Assembly: GCA_030586555.1 (NCBI GenBank)
Contig: JAURAC010000006.1
Location: 1 to 64,000, forward strand
DNA length: 64,000 bases
DNA from: Candidatus Subterrananammoxibius californiae
Lineage (GTDB): Bacteria; Planctomycetota; Brocadiia; Brocadiales; Subterrananammoxibiaceae
Reading direction: 5' to 3'
Positions 9,570 to 18,673 of the stretch are shown one piece after another (position 1 is the first letter of the stretch; each line of letters begins with the position of its first letter). A model generated the notes under the pieces. It was not told the DNA's origin, did no database searches, and saw only the letters and a program-made list of their open reading frames with translations. A program made the position numbers and the translations under genes.

Positions 9570-9638
9570 GACCCTGAACCGGTGCTGACAGTTTGTAATA
9601 CAGTACTTTCAAATGGGCAGTTTCTTACCCGTCACATC

Positions 9639-10451
9639 TTACTCTGTATCTTCTCCAGTCAACCATTTGTATATTTCAAGCTCCCTTTCAGCCCTGTCAA
9701 ACATGCCTTTTTTATTGTAGATTGCAGCCAAGCCATAATATGCATCGGCAAATTTGGGATTAATGCCGATAGCCTTCTCGTATGCGTGGATTGCCTCGTC
9801 AAGCCTTCCTTCTGTATCGTAAACAAAACCAAGATAGGCATGAGCACGAAAATGTTCTGAGTTAATCTCAATTGCTTTTTCAAACTCGCCTATGGCTTCA
9901 TGGAGCTTGCCGTTCTTTACATAATCTACACCTTGTTTATAATAGACGTCAGCTTTTGAAATATCTACTTTTTCATGAGCGAGTGGCTCAGTAGGGGCAG
10001 GTTTTAAACCTGCCCCTACAAGCTCGTCATTCGTAACTCGGGTAGCAGATGGATTCGGGGGTAAACCTGTCTGCCGTAATACAGGCAGGAAGGACAATAT
10101 TAAAAAGGCAGTAAGCCCGGAGACAATCGTTCCAATAGCAGCGGTTCTGAGCGTCTTTGCCGTAAACAAACCAGTACTTTTCTGGCTTGAGTAACCGTGT
10201 GGGTAGGAGGAGGTGGTTGAAGCTTGTTCTTTGCCGATTCCCCTGTCGTATTCTTGCCTTTTGAGGGGAACGCTTAAGGTGTTATACATCATGTTCAATT
10301 TCTTCATTTGAGTAGCTGCCCATTGCGACATATCGGGGTTCAAGTCGGGGTGATATTTCTTGGCAAGCTTCTTATAAGCTTCTTTTATCTGGCTATCGGT
10401 GGCATCCTGGGGGATACCCATCTCTTCGTAATAGCTTTGTTCCTCTGGCAT
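9639..10451 (-). CDS. DnaJ-domain / TM / TPR protein
   Basis: J-domain with HPD; TM helix; three TPRs; start MPEEQ inferred because the upstream extension is REP-derived. Confidence 0.85.
   Translation of the reverse strand: MPEEQSYYEEMGIPQDATDSQIKEAYKKLAKKYHPDLNPDMSQWAATQMKKLNMMYNTLSVPLKRQEYDRGIGKEQASTTSSYPHGYSSQKSTGLFTAKTLRTAAIGTIVSGLTAFLILSFLPVLRQTGLPPNPSATRVTNDELVGAGLKPAPTEPLAHEKVDISKADVYYKQGVDYVKNGKLHEAIGEFEKAIEINSEHFRAHAYLGFVYDTEGRLDEAIHAYEKAIGINPKFADAYYGLAAIYNKKGMFDRAERELEIYKWLTGEDTE
9991..10019. repeat. GTAG REP GTAGGGGCAGGTTTTAAACCTGCCCCTAC in frame (VGAGLKPAPT)
   Basis: Near-identical copies at 29732-29760, 51238-51266, 51642-51670. Confidence 0.9.
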
Positions 10452-10471
10452 TCTGGTTCTTTCTGGAGAAG

Positions 10472-10496
10472 AGGGGCACATGCAATGTGCCCCTAC
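10472..10496. repeat. GTAG REP variant overlapping the lon stop codon
   Basis: AGGGGCACATGCAATGTGCCCCTAC. Confidence 0.75.
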
Positions 10497-12844
10497 TTGG
10501 GCTTTAAAACAAGCTCTATTGCCTCGTCAATTGTGTCAATGTAAATGCACTTAATCTTATTGCGGATGTCTTCTTTTATTTCCCTGAAATCGTCTTCGTT
10601 CTTTTTTGGAAGCACAATGGTGGTGACGCCCGCCCTTACGGCGGCAAGCACCTTCTCCTTAATCCCGCCGACAGGAATGATTCTGCCGCTCAGGGTAATT
10701 TCCCCCGTCAGCGCCACCTCCCTGCGTGCAAGCCTTTCTGTTAAAAGTGATAGCAACGACATGCACATGGCGATGCCAGCAGAGGGCCCATCCTTCGGGA
10801 TAGCCCCAGATGGCACATGGAGGTGAATATCCATGTTCTCAAAAAAGCCGTCTTCAACGCCCAGACGGGCTGCATTGCTTCTAATGTAACTTAAGGCGGC
10901 TTTAGCGGATTCCTGCATTACGTTGCCTAATTGCCCAGTTAAGGAAAGATTGCTTTTACCTTTCATTTTTGAAGCTTCTACGAAGATAATATCCCCGCCA
11001 GCCTCCGTCCATGCAAGCCCTGTAACCACGCCGATACGGTCAACCTCATCAGCCACCTGATAGAAAAATTTCCTTGGACCAAGGAGTTCGTCAATCCTTT
11101 CTGGTTTAATTTCTGTGGTGGCACCCGCCTGAGGCGGGCGGACAACGATTTCCTTTGCCACCTTTCTGCAAATCGAGGCAATTGCCCGCTCGAGGTTTCT
11201 CAGACCAGCCTCACGTGTGTATTCCCTGATAATTCTTCGGACGGCATCATCCGTAAAGACAATAGACTGCGCTTCCAGTCCATTCTCCTTAATTTGTTTT
11301 GGAATCAGGAACTGCGCAGCTATCTTAAGCTTCTCCTCCTCGCTGTATCCAGGAAGGCTAATTACCTCCATCCTATCCTTCAGGGCGGGATGGACAGGGT
11401 CGAGAATGTTTGCCGTTGTAATGAAAAACACGTTAGACAGGTCAAAGGGAACGTCTATATAATGATCAGTAAAGCTGAAGTTTTGCTCAGGGTCAAGCAC
11501 CTCAAGCAGTGCAGAGGCTGGGTCTCCTCGGAAATCAAGCCCAATCTTATCCACCTCGTCGAGCATGAAAACTGGATTGGAATATCCAGCGCGACAGATT
11601 TCCCTCATAATCCTGCCCGGTAAGGCGCCAACGTAGGTGCGCCTGTGACCCCTTATCTCAGCCTCGTCCCTCATGCCACCGAGGGACATGCGGACGAATT
11701 TCCGTCCGAGCGTCCTTGCAATGGACTTGCCTAAGGACGTCTTTCCCGTCCCTGGTGGACCCACAAAGCAAAGAATCGGTCCTTTCAATTTCTCTTTTAA
11801 TTTGTGAACGGCTAAAAATTCCAGAATCCTTTCCTTAACCTTCTCAAGTCCATAATGGTCTTCATCAAGAACCTTCGCCGCCTGGTTCAAGTCATGGTTG
11901 TCTTCAGTCTTTTTGTTCCAGGGAATAGCAACAAGATAATCAAGATACGTTCTGGAGACGGTGAACTCGGCGGAAGCCGGGTTCATGCTTTTCAATCTCT
12001 CCAGTTCTTTATTTGCCACTTCTTCAACGTCCGGAGGCATAGCGGCTTCTTTTATCTTTTCCTCAAGCCTTTTCATATCCATGAGGTGAGGGTCGTCCTG
12101 GCCCAGTTCTTTCTGGATAGCCTTTAATTGCTCCCTGAGGAAGAACTCCCGCTGCGCTTTGGATACCTCCTTCGCCACCTCCTCATCAATTGTTCCTTTT
12201 ACCTCCCTTAGCTGAACATCCCTGTTTAGATAATAGAATACAATCTTAAGGCGTTTCTGAGGGTCTATGGTTTCGAGTATGTACTGCCGCTCCTCAACAG
12301 TAAGGTCGAGGTAGATTGCAACGAGGTCTGCCATGACCGATGGATTAGTGATGCTATCTATCTTTGATAATATTTCCTTCGGGAAGGTTTTTCCGAGCAT
12401 GACGCTTAACTTGAGTAGCGTCTTTACTGTTTGCAGTAACACGTCAACAAGCTCTGAACTTTCTGCAAACTCCCTTATTTCCTCTACCTTTGCCTTATAA
12501 AAAGGGTCCCTTTGAGTGTACTCAGTTATCCTTATTCTTGCCTGTCCTTCTACGGTGATTCTTGCCCTATTGGGCAGTATTTCAGTTACCTGGATAATCT
12601 TTGCTATTGTGCCTATTGAATATAAATCTTCTGGCGTTGGCTCTTCAACCTTTGTATTTTTCAGGGTTACAAAACCAACAAGCTTGTCTCTGGCAAGGGC
12701 GTCATTGATTGCACGAATCTCCCTTACTCCCTCACATTTTACAGGGAATACGATATGCGGCAGAATAACCTCGTCTTTAAGAGGTATTATTCCCAACTCC
12801 TCCGGCACTTCTTTATCTAACGACCTCTGAAAGCTAAACTTCAT
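10493..12844 (-). CDS. lon: ATP-dependent protease La
   Basis: LON N-domain; GPPGTGKTS Walker A; LDEVDK; PKDGPSAG catalytic Ser. Confidence 0.97.
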   Translation of the reverse strand: MKFSFQRSLDKEVPEELGIIPLKDEVILPHIVFPVKCEGVREIRAINDALARDKLVGFVTLKNTKVEEPTPEDLYSIGTIAKIIQVTEILPNRARITVEGQARIRITEYTQRDPFYKAKVEEIREFAESSELVDVLLQTVKTLLKLSVMLGKTFPKEILSKIDSITNPSVMADLVAIYLDLTVEERQYILETIDPQKRLKIVFYYLNRDVQLREVKGTIDEEVAKEVSKAQREFFLREQLKAIQKELGQDDPHLMDMKRLEEKIKEAAMPPDVEEVANKELERLKSMNPASAEFTVSRTYLDYLVAIPWNKKTEDNHDLNQAAKVLDEDHYGLEKVKERILEFLAVHKLKEKLKGPILCFVGPPGTGKTSLGKSIARTLGRKFVRMSLGGMRDEAEIRGHRRTYVGALPGRIMREICRAGYSNPVFMLDEVDKIGLDFRGDPASALLEVLDPEQNFSFTDHYIDVPFDLSNVFFITTANILDPVHPALKDRMEVISLPGYSEEEKLKIAAQFLIPKQIKENGLEAQSIVFTDDAVRRIIREYTREAGLRNLERAIASICRKVAKEIVVRPPQAGATTEIKPERIDELLGPRKFFYQVADEVDRIGVVTGLAWTEAGGDIIFVEASKMKGKSNLSLTGQLGNVMQESAKAALSYIRSNAARLGVEDGFFENMDIHLHVPSGAIPKDGPSAGIAMCMSLLSLLTERLARREVALTGEITLSGRIIPVGGIKEKVLAAVRAGVTTIVLPKKNEDDFREIKEDIRNKIKCIYIDTIDEAIELVLKPK

Positions 12845-12870
12845 TATTTATCAATCCTTAATAATCCATT

Positions 12871-13236
12871 TCAAGTGGCAGTTTTATCATCTTTAATCTC
12901 CTCCAATATCCTGTCTACAGCCCGGCGGAGTGGCGGCAGGTCTTCGTGAATTGTACGCCATATAACTTCCAAATCTACGCCAAAGTAGTCATGAATTACT
13001 ATATTGCGCATCCCAATCGCTTTTTCCCATGGCACCTCGTGGTATCGTTTCCGAAACGTTTGAGGGATATGCCTTGCAGCTTCACCAATCACCTCTAAGG
13101 CACGAACAGTCGCAAATATCTTTTCCTCGTTATTCTGAAAACTTTCAAAATCCACGCCCCTTATAAAGCCTTCTGCTTTTCTGGAGTACTCCACCATATC
13201 TTGTAAATAATCCGTATAAACCCGTTTGCGCTTCAT
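12871..13236 (-). CDS. HEPN (DUF86/HepT-like) RNase toxin
   Basis: [10 protein letters not shown] and [13 protein letters not shown] (R-X4-H). Confidence 0.9.
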   Translation of the reverse strand: MKRKRVYTDYLQDMVEYSRKAEGFIRGVDFESFQNNEEKIFATVRALEVIGEAARHIPQTFRKRYHEVPWEKAIGMRNIVIHDYFGVDLEVIWRTIHEDLPPLRRAVDRILEEIKDDKTAT

Positions 13237-13553
13237 ACCGGTACAACCTCCGATAGAATACGCTCCCCAATAGCAGGTTTCAGGGCACTTTTCATCACAA
13301 GGTCTACCTTAATTCCTAACAGCCTTCTAAGATGCTCTTGTAAATCCACGAACTTGAACAACGTCGGAACACATTCAAAGTCAACCAGAATGTCCAGGTC
13401 GCTACGTTTACGTTGTCCGCCGTGGACATAGGAGCCGAACACGCCCAACGATTTGACCCCATAAAGCTTTTGCAGTTCGGGTAGGTATGCCCGTAGGGTT
13501 CGTAAAATGCTTTTTAAGTGAAGTCGTTTTTTGTTTACAGTTGCCTTTCGCAT
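13233..13553 (-). CDS. Minimal nucleotidyltransferase (MNT) antitoxin
   Basis: FGSYVHG...SDLDILV; overlaps the HEPN gene. Confidence 0.9.
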   Translation of the reverse strand: MRKATVNKKRLHLKSILRTLRAYLPELQKLYGVKSLGVFGSYVHGGQRKRSDLDILVDFECVPTLFKFVDLQEHLRRLLGIKVDLVMKSALKPAIGERILSEVVPV

Positions 13554-13796
13554 TAGAATTCCTTTATATCTCCAGCCCTATTCGAGAGATAACCATTTTC
13601 CCGTAATAGCTTTATTTCTCAAGCGTCTGATTAATCGCTCATTATCCGCCTTAGGTGGACAAGGTGCACTATTTCCTAATTTTAATCTACTATACCTGCA
13701 TAATTAAATCAATAAAAATACCACCCTTCGCTATTGGCAAGTAGCCAGTATGAAAAAAATAGATTTTTAATGTTCCCTTTGTATAATAATATTGTT

Positions 13797-15491
13797 ATGA
13801 ATTTGTTAAATGTTTTTAAGAAGGCATTGGAAAAGGAATTCTGCCTTATAAGCATTCTAATTATGATAGGCATGGCAGCATTCCTGCCAAATCTTTTTAG
13901 GCATGACCTCTGGGAGCCAGATGAACTGCGATGCGCCGAGGTAGCAAGGGAGGTGCTGGTAGATGGGCACTGGATTGTCCCGCATCTTGAGGGAGAAGTT
14001 TATCCGGATAAACCTCCGCTTTACTTCTGGCTTGTTACGCTTTTCTCATATTGCTTCGGCGGGCTAAATACTTTTAGCATTCGCCTTCCTTCCGCTTTAG
14101 CAGGCATAGGAGGGATATTAATTACCTTTTTCTTTGGTAAACAGCTGGGTAATAAATGGACAGGATTAATTGCGTCACTCATCCTTGCCGCCATGCCGTG
14201 TTATTTCACAATGTCAATTACGGCAAGGATGGATATCCTTTTAACCTTTTTCGTATCATCAGCATTTTATTGCTTCTACCTTGCATACTCTGGCAATAGT
14301 TCGTGGTTCTACCTTCTTTTCTACTTTTTGATGGGTATGGGCACATTGACGAAGGGTCCGATAGGGTTTTTTATCCCTTTCCTTACAGTTCTTTCATATC
14401 TGTTAGGAAGGCGTGAATGGAAAAATATTTTACAATTAAGGCTCCTTTCAGGATTCTTAATCTTCGCAGGAACGGTTGCCTCCTGGGTTGTTCCTGCCAT
14501 AATAATAGGTGGCAGGGATTATGCTTATCAAATACTCTTCCACCAGAATGTTGACCGATACATTGGCGGATGGAACCACCAAAATCCATTTACCTATTAC
14601 TTTAAGGTTTTACCGATAATTTTAATGCCCTGGACTCCACTACTACCTGCGGTCTTCGTGCTGTGGTTTTCGGAATGGCGAATGCGGAATAATTCCGCCC
14701 ACCAAGGCGGGCGTCCTCAGGCGTCCTCCTTCCGCACCCCGCAATCCGCATTTCCTATAATGTGGTTAATAACGACATTTGTCTTTCTTTCCTGTTCAGG
14801 CTCAAGGGGAAGGATTTACCTGCTTCCCGTCTTGCCGGCAGTAGCGCTTGCAATGGCTTCCACGTTGAATACGCTCTTTGATTCGTTGCTCATCGCTCGT
14901 CGCTCGTTGCTCGAGTCACGAGTTACGAAAATTTCTTATTTTGTAATACCTTGTCTTTTTATTGCTGGTGCTGTATCAACTCCTCTAATAATCAAGCACA
15001 ACCGTCCATCCTTGTTTACTCTTAGTTTGCCCATACTGGGCATTCTTGGCGTAGGTTCTGTAGTGTGTGTGATACTTACCATTTACAAGGTCTATAAGGC
15101 GTCTTTTATTGCTTTCGTGGCAACGGTGCTTATCACATCGTTTACCTTTTCTTTCCAGGTTCTGCCCGTAATAAGTCAGGATAGGTCTGTGAGAATGCTT
15201 TTTGCCGAAATTTCTCGGTTCACAAAGGAGAAGGATGACCTGTGCACATACTTGATTCCCGAGACGGTTGGTTATTCCTACTACTGGGGCGACGTTCTTA
15301 AAAGGATTTCCACCGAGGAAGAACTGCGCCGCTTTCTCGAAGGTAATTCAAGAGCGTTCTGCTTGATGAAGGAAAGGCATTATAGAAACATCATGCAAGA
15401 CCCCGATTCCCCTATCTCTGTAGTGTTAAAGATGCGTGCATCTGGCATAAGGTTTGTGCTTGTTACAGCAGGTGCTCCGAATGCGGAATAA
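13797..15491 (+). CDS. ArnT/PMT-like GT-C glycosyltransferase
   Basis: WEPDELR, DKPPLYFW, RLPSALAG and LTKGPIG motifs; start codon uncertain. Confidence 0.9.
   Translation: MNLLNVFKKALEKEFCLISILIMIGMAAFLPNLFRHDLWEPDELRCAEVAREVLVDGHWIVPHLEGEVYPDKPPLYFWLVTLFSYCFGGLNTFSIRLPSALAGIGGILITFFFGKQLGNKWTGLIASLILAAMPCYFTMSITARMDILLTFFVSSAFYCFYLAYSGNSSWFYLLFYFLMGMGTLTKGPIGFFIPFLTVLSYLLGRREWKNILQLRLLSGFLIFAGTVASWVVPAIIIGGRDYAYQILFHQNVDRYIGGWNHQNPFTYYFKVLPIILMPWTPLLPAVFVLWFSEWRMRNNSAHQGGRPQASSFRTPQSAFPIMWLITTFVFLSCSGSRGRIYLLPVLPAVALAMASTLNTLFDSLLIARRSLLESRVTKISYFVIPCLFIAGAVSTPLIIKHNRPSLFTLSLPILGILGVGSVVCVILTIYKVYKASFIAFVATVLITSFTFSFQVLPVISQDRSVRMLFAEISRFTKEKDDLCTYLIPETVGYSYYWGDVLKRISTEEELRRFLEGNSRAFCLMKERHYRNIMQDPDSPISVVLKMRASGIRFVLVTAGAPNAE
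14669..14752. repeat. Inverted heptamer arrays with a nested GC hairpin, in frame in ArnT
   Basis: TTCGGAA TGGCGAA TGCGGAA ... TTCCGCA CCCCGCA ATCCGCA; second array (CTCGTTG-type) at 14883-14927. Confidence 0.7.
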
Positions 15492-15502
15492 CCCTGCATT
15501 CC

Positions 15503-16858
15503 TCAGGTGGGAATATTGTAAGCCTTGAGCTTATTATAAAGGGTCTTCAGTGAAATACCGAGCGCTTCGGCTGCAAGCGTTTTGTTGCCCTTTTTCACCG
15601 CAAGAACGGATAATATATGACTTCTTTCAACCTCAGATAGGGGCAGTTCGACTGCTTTTTCATCCTTCGGATATAATGGGGTGGAGACTCGAATGTTACT
15701 CGGCAGGTCTTTAGCCTCAATGAGGTCGCCATCTGTTAGTATAACCAGTCGCTCAATTGTGTTTTTCAATTCTCTGACATTACCAGGCCAGTTGTAGTTA
15801 ACGAGGAACTCCATTGCATCCGTGCTGATTTTCCTGGCATAACCCTGGGTCTTAAACTCGTCTAAGAAATACTCCACTAATAGCGTTATATCCTCCTTCC
15901 TTTCACGGAGCGGCGGCAAGGTAATGGTAATAACGTTTAATCTGAAAAACAAGTCCTCTCTGAACCTTCCATTCTTGACCTCCTGCTGGAGATTTTTATT
16001 GGTTGCCGCAACTACTCTGGCATCTACGTGAATTACCTTGTTATCCCCTATACGCCTGACCTCCCCCGACTGAAGCATGCGCAACAGCTTTGCCTGGGTA
16101 CTCATGGTTAATTCCCCTATTTCATCTAAGAACAAGGTGCTCCCATCTGCAACCTCAAAGAGGCCAATTCTTGCTTCATGCGCACCCGTGAATGCCCCTT
16201 TTGTATAGCCAAAGAGTTCGCTTTCAAGAAGGGCTTCGGGCAGTGCGGCACAGTTAACAATAACAAAGGGATGGGGCGCCCTTTTGCTCTTCTCATGAAT
16301 AGCCATTGCCACAAGTTCCTTACCGGTGCCACTTTCCCCCTGGATGAGTATTGTGGAGTTGGTTCCAGCAACCTTGTCTATCAGCCTGAATATTGGCATC
16401 ATTGCACGGCTCTGACCTAAGAGTGGAGCAAGCTTGCGCCTGTCAGAAACAAGGCGTTTTAAAGCAACGTTTTCCCTCGAAAGCAGTTTCTTTTCAGAAG
16501 CCTTTTGCAAAAGGGCAGATAGTTCATTTAATCTGCATGGCTTCGTAAGATAGTCATAGGCGCCTAATTTCATTGATTCGACAGCGCTCTCAATAGTCCC
16601 CTGACTCGTGAGCATTATTACCTCAATCTCAGGGTCAAGGGCTTTTAGCCTTTTAAGGGTCTCTGTACCACCGATGCCAGGCATCTTCATATCACATATA
16701 GCAACGTCAAAATCCTGTTCCCTGGCAGTGCTGACCGCTTCCTCGCCACTTTCAACGCAAACGACAGCATGCCCCATACGGGATACTTCCTCTTTCATTA
16801 TCTTCCTGTATGTGGCATCATCATCGCAAAAAAGCACTTTTAATTTTTTGTCCGTCAC
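15503..16858 (-). CDS. sigma54-dependent response regulator (REC-AAA+-Fis HTH)
   Basis: GESGTGKEL, ESELFG..GAFTGA, WPGNVREL and TLYNKLK motifs; GTG start after GAAGGAAGG inferred. Confidence 0.93.
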   Translation of the reverse strand: MTDKKLKVLFCDDDATYRKIMKEEVSRMGHAVVCVESGEEAVSTAREQDFDVAICDMKMPGIGGTETLKRLKALDPEIEVIMLTSQGTIESAVESMKLGAYDYLTKPCRLNELSALLQKASEKKLLSRENVALKRLVSDRRKLAPLLGQSRAMMPIFRLIDKVAGTNSTILIQGESGTGKELVAMAIHEKSKRAPHPFVIVNCAALPEALLESELFGYTKGAFTGAHEARIGLFEVADGSTLFLDEIGELTMSTQAKLLRMLQSGEVRRIGDNKVIHVDARVVAATNKNLQQEVKNGRFREDLFFRLNVITITLPPLRERKEDITLLVEYFLDEFKTQGYARKISTDAMEFLVNYNWPGNVRELKNTIERLVILTDGDLIEAKDLPSNIRVSTPLYPKDEKAVELPLSEVERSHILSVLAVKKGNKTLAAEALGISLKTLYNKLKAYNIPT

Positions 16859-16876
16859 GCCTTCCTTCACCCTTTT

Positions 16877-16902
16877 GTCATTCCTGCGCAAGCAGGAATC
16901 CA
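16877..16902. repeat. GTCATTCC-type REP palindrome supplying the glycosyltransferase stop codon
   Basis: GTCATTCCTGCGCAAGCAGGAATCCA. Confidence 0.7.
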
Positions 16903-18602
16903 TGTTTAATATCTAAGTTATACAGAACTAATTCACTACAAGGATTGTCAATGTATCTGTCGCTCCTGAAACGCTTCAAAAGCCTTAAACCACCAATAGC
17001 TGGAACTATGCCCTCTACCTGAGAAGTACACAAAACGGTCTCAGGTATTACAAGTGATGAGTTAATATCGTACTCAAGGTCGTTAATATTTCTCGCCCTC
17101 CTAATATCCCAGCCGAAGGCATAATAGTCAAAGAGTCTTTTTGTATCCCAACAATAAAGCCTCGTTGACAGTTTATCGAAGTTGTCCGTTATGTAATTCA
17201 TAACCTGCACTTGAAGCGGCAGGGTCCACTTGTGTTTTATAATTAGCCTGAAGGAACTTACACCAAGTGTAATTATTAAAAGACCAATAATTATAGTTTT
17301 AAGAATGTTATTATAACCACCCCTCAATCCCCTCCTTGCGAAGGAGGGGATAAAGGGGAGGTCATAGATTGTATTGACCTTTTCCCTCCTTCGCAAGGAG
17401 GGGATAAAGGGGAGGTTAAGGAGTGAAGGACTTATCCTAACCAGCCCATAAGAGAGACATATTAACAATATTGGAACCAAGGGTAGAACGTGCCTCGGTT
17501 TTTCTAAGTTCTGGCAAAATAATACCCATACAGAGTAGGGTATCATATACAACAAGACAAATATACTTTGCTGATTCAATCTCAAAGATTGTGTCAGCGT
17601 TTTTACGCCTGCCATTAATATTATAACAGATGGTATAAGACGTGTACCAGAAGTATCATGCCACCAAAATCCCAACCCGTTGCACAACAAACACCATAAA
17701 AACGCCAATAACCGTAGGGGCAGTTCTCTAACTGCCCCTACACCCGAGGACACCGTGCCGACAGCTCCACCCCAATCTGTAAAGTGTCCGTATGTGAATG
17801 AGAGGGCATTCCCTAATAAATTTGTAAATTTTACATGGTGTATCATAGGAATAAGCCAGAGAGAGATACCAAACGCTAACGAAGCAACACCACTACATAT
17901 CGCAGTTACTCTGCCTTTTTGCCTACATATATGGATTAATGCAAATACCCAGATAGCGATAAAAGGGAAATAAGCCAATCGTATGCCTAAGGTTAGCGCA
18001 AAAACTATACCACCAGTAACAAAGTATGCCATTGAATATCTTTTAGGCTTTAAACCTGAAAATAACAACTGCGCCGATAGCATTAAAAAGAACAAGCCCA
18101 TAGAATCTGATGTAGGCTTTTCTGATTGCAGCCAGCAAAGCGGATTAACTATAAAGAGCAGCGCTGTTACAACTGCAACCTCTCTGGAAAACATCTCTTT
18201 GGCAAGCGAGTAAAGCGGCATTATTGTCAGGGCGCCGAAGATTGCCCCCGGCAACGTGAGCGCAAGCGCATCGTTACTGAAAACCCTCGACACAAGCCAG
18301 CAAAAGAATATATATACCGGATAGCCAGGAAATTGCGGCTGATAACGTGTGATGTCGTAGTCATGAAGGGCAAACGCAAAGTCCACATCATCCCACCCCT
18401 CCAGATACTCGCCCATAAAAGCTATGCGGAAAGCAAGACATACAAATAAGAGGGGAAATAGGGAATAGGGAATAGGGAATAGGGAACATGAGAATTTGCT
18501 ATTGGCTATTCCCTCTTGGCTATTCCCTTTTAGCTGTCCTGACTCCTGACTTCTGACCCCTGACCCCTGATTCCTGACGCTATGGTTATTGTTTGACATC
18601 AT
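16878..18602 (-). CDS. GT-C (PMT/ArnT-like) membrane glycosyltransferase with several in-frame repeat insertions
   Basis: WDDVDFA...QPQFPGYPVY; many TM segments; repeats at 17315-17417, 17714-17741, 18451-18580; N-terminus uncertain. Confidence 0.75.
   Translation of the reverse strand: MMSNNNHSVRNQGSGVRSQESGQLKGNSQEGIANSKFSCSLFPIPYSLFPLLFVCLAFRIAFMGEYLEGWDDVDFAFALHDYDITRYQPQFPGYPVYIFFCWLVSRVFSNDALALTLPGAIFGALTIMPLYSLAKEMFSREVAVVTALLFIVNPLCWLQSEKPTSDSMGLFFLMLSAQLLFSGLKPKRYSMAYFVTGGIVFALTLGIRLAYFPFIAIWVFALIHICRQKGRVTAICSGVASLAFGISLWLIPMIHHVKFTNLLGNALSFTYGHFTDWGGAVGTVSSGVGAVRELPLRLLAFLWCLLCNGLGFWWHDTSGTRLIPSVIILMAGVKTLTQSLRLNQQSIFVLLYMIPYSVWVLFCQNLEKPRHVLPLVPILLICLSYGLVRISPSLLNLPFIPSLRRREKVNTIYDLPFIPSFARRGLRGGYNNILKTIIIGLLIITLGVSSFRLIIKHKWTLPLQVQVMNYITDNFDKLSTRLYCWDTKRLFDYYAFGWDIRRARNINDLEYDINSSLVIPETVLCTSQVEGIVPAIGGLRLLKRFRSDRYIDNPCSELVLYNLDIKHGFLLAQE
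17315..17417. repeat. Tandem pair of C/G-run palindromes in frame
   Basis: Translates as LPFIPSLRRREK...LPFIPSFARRGLRGG. Confidence 0.85.
17714..17741. repeat. GTAG REP variant in frame (VGAVRELPL)
   Basis: GTAGGGGCAGTTCTCTAACTGCCCCTAC; relative at 59706-59733. Confidence 0.8.
18451..18580. repeat. Compound heptamer arrays (AGGGAAT)n, (TGGCTAT)n, (YCCTGAC)n
   Basis: Read directly from the sequence. Confidence 0.85.
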
Positions 18603-18673
18603 GGTTGTTATATTTTATACTTAACATCATCAAAAGTAAAACCAAACTTACTTTTTGAAAAAAGTGGGCTAAA

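Noticed and set aside
13556..13645. Possible gene remnant upstream of the MNT gene
   Set aside because: Short open stretch with no match elsewhere in the window; cannot be supported.
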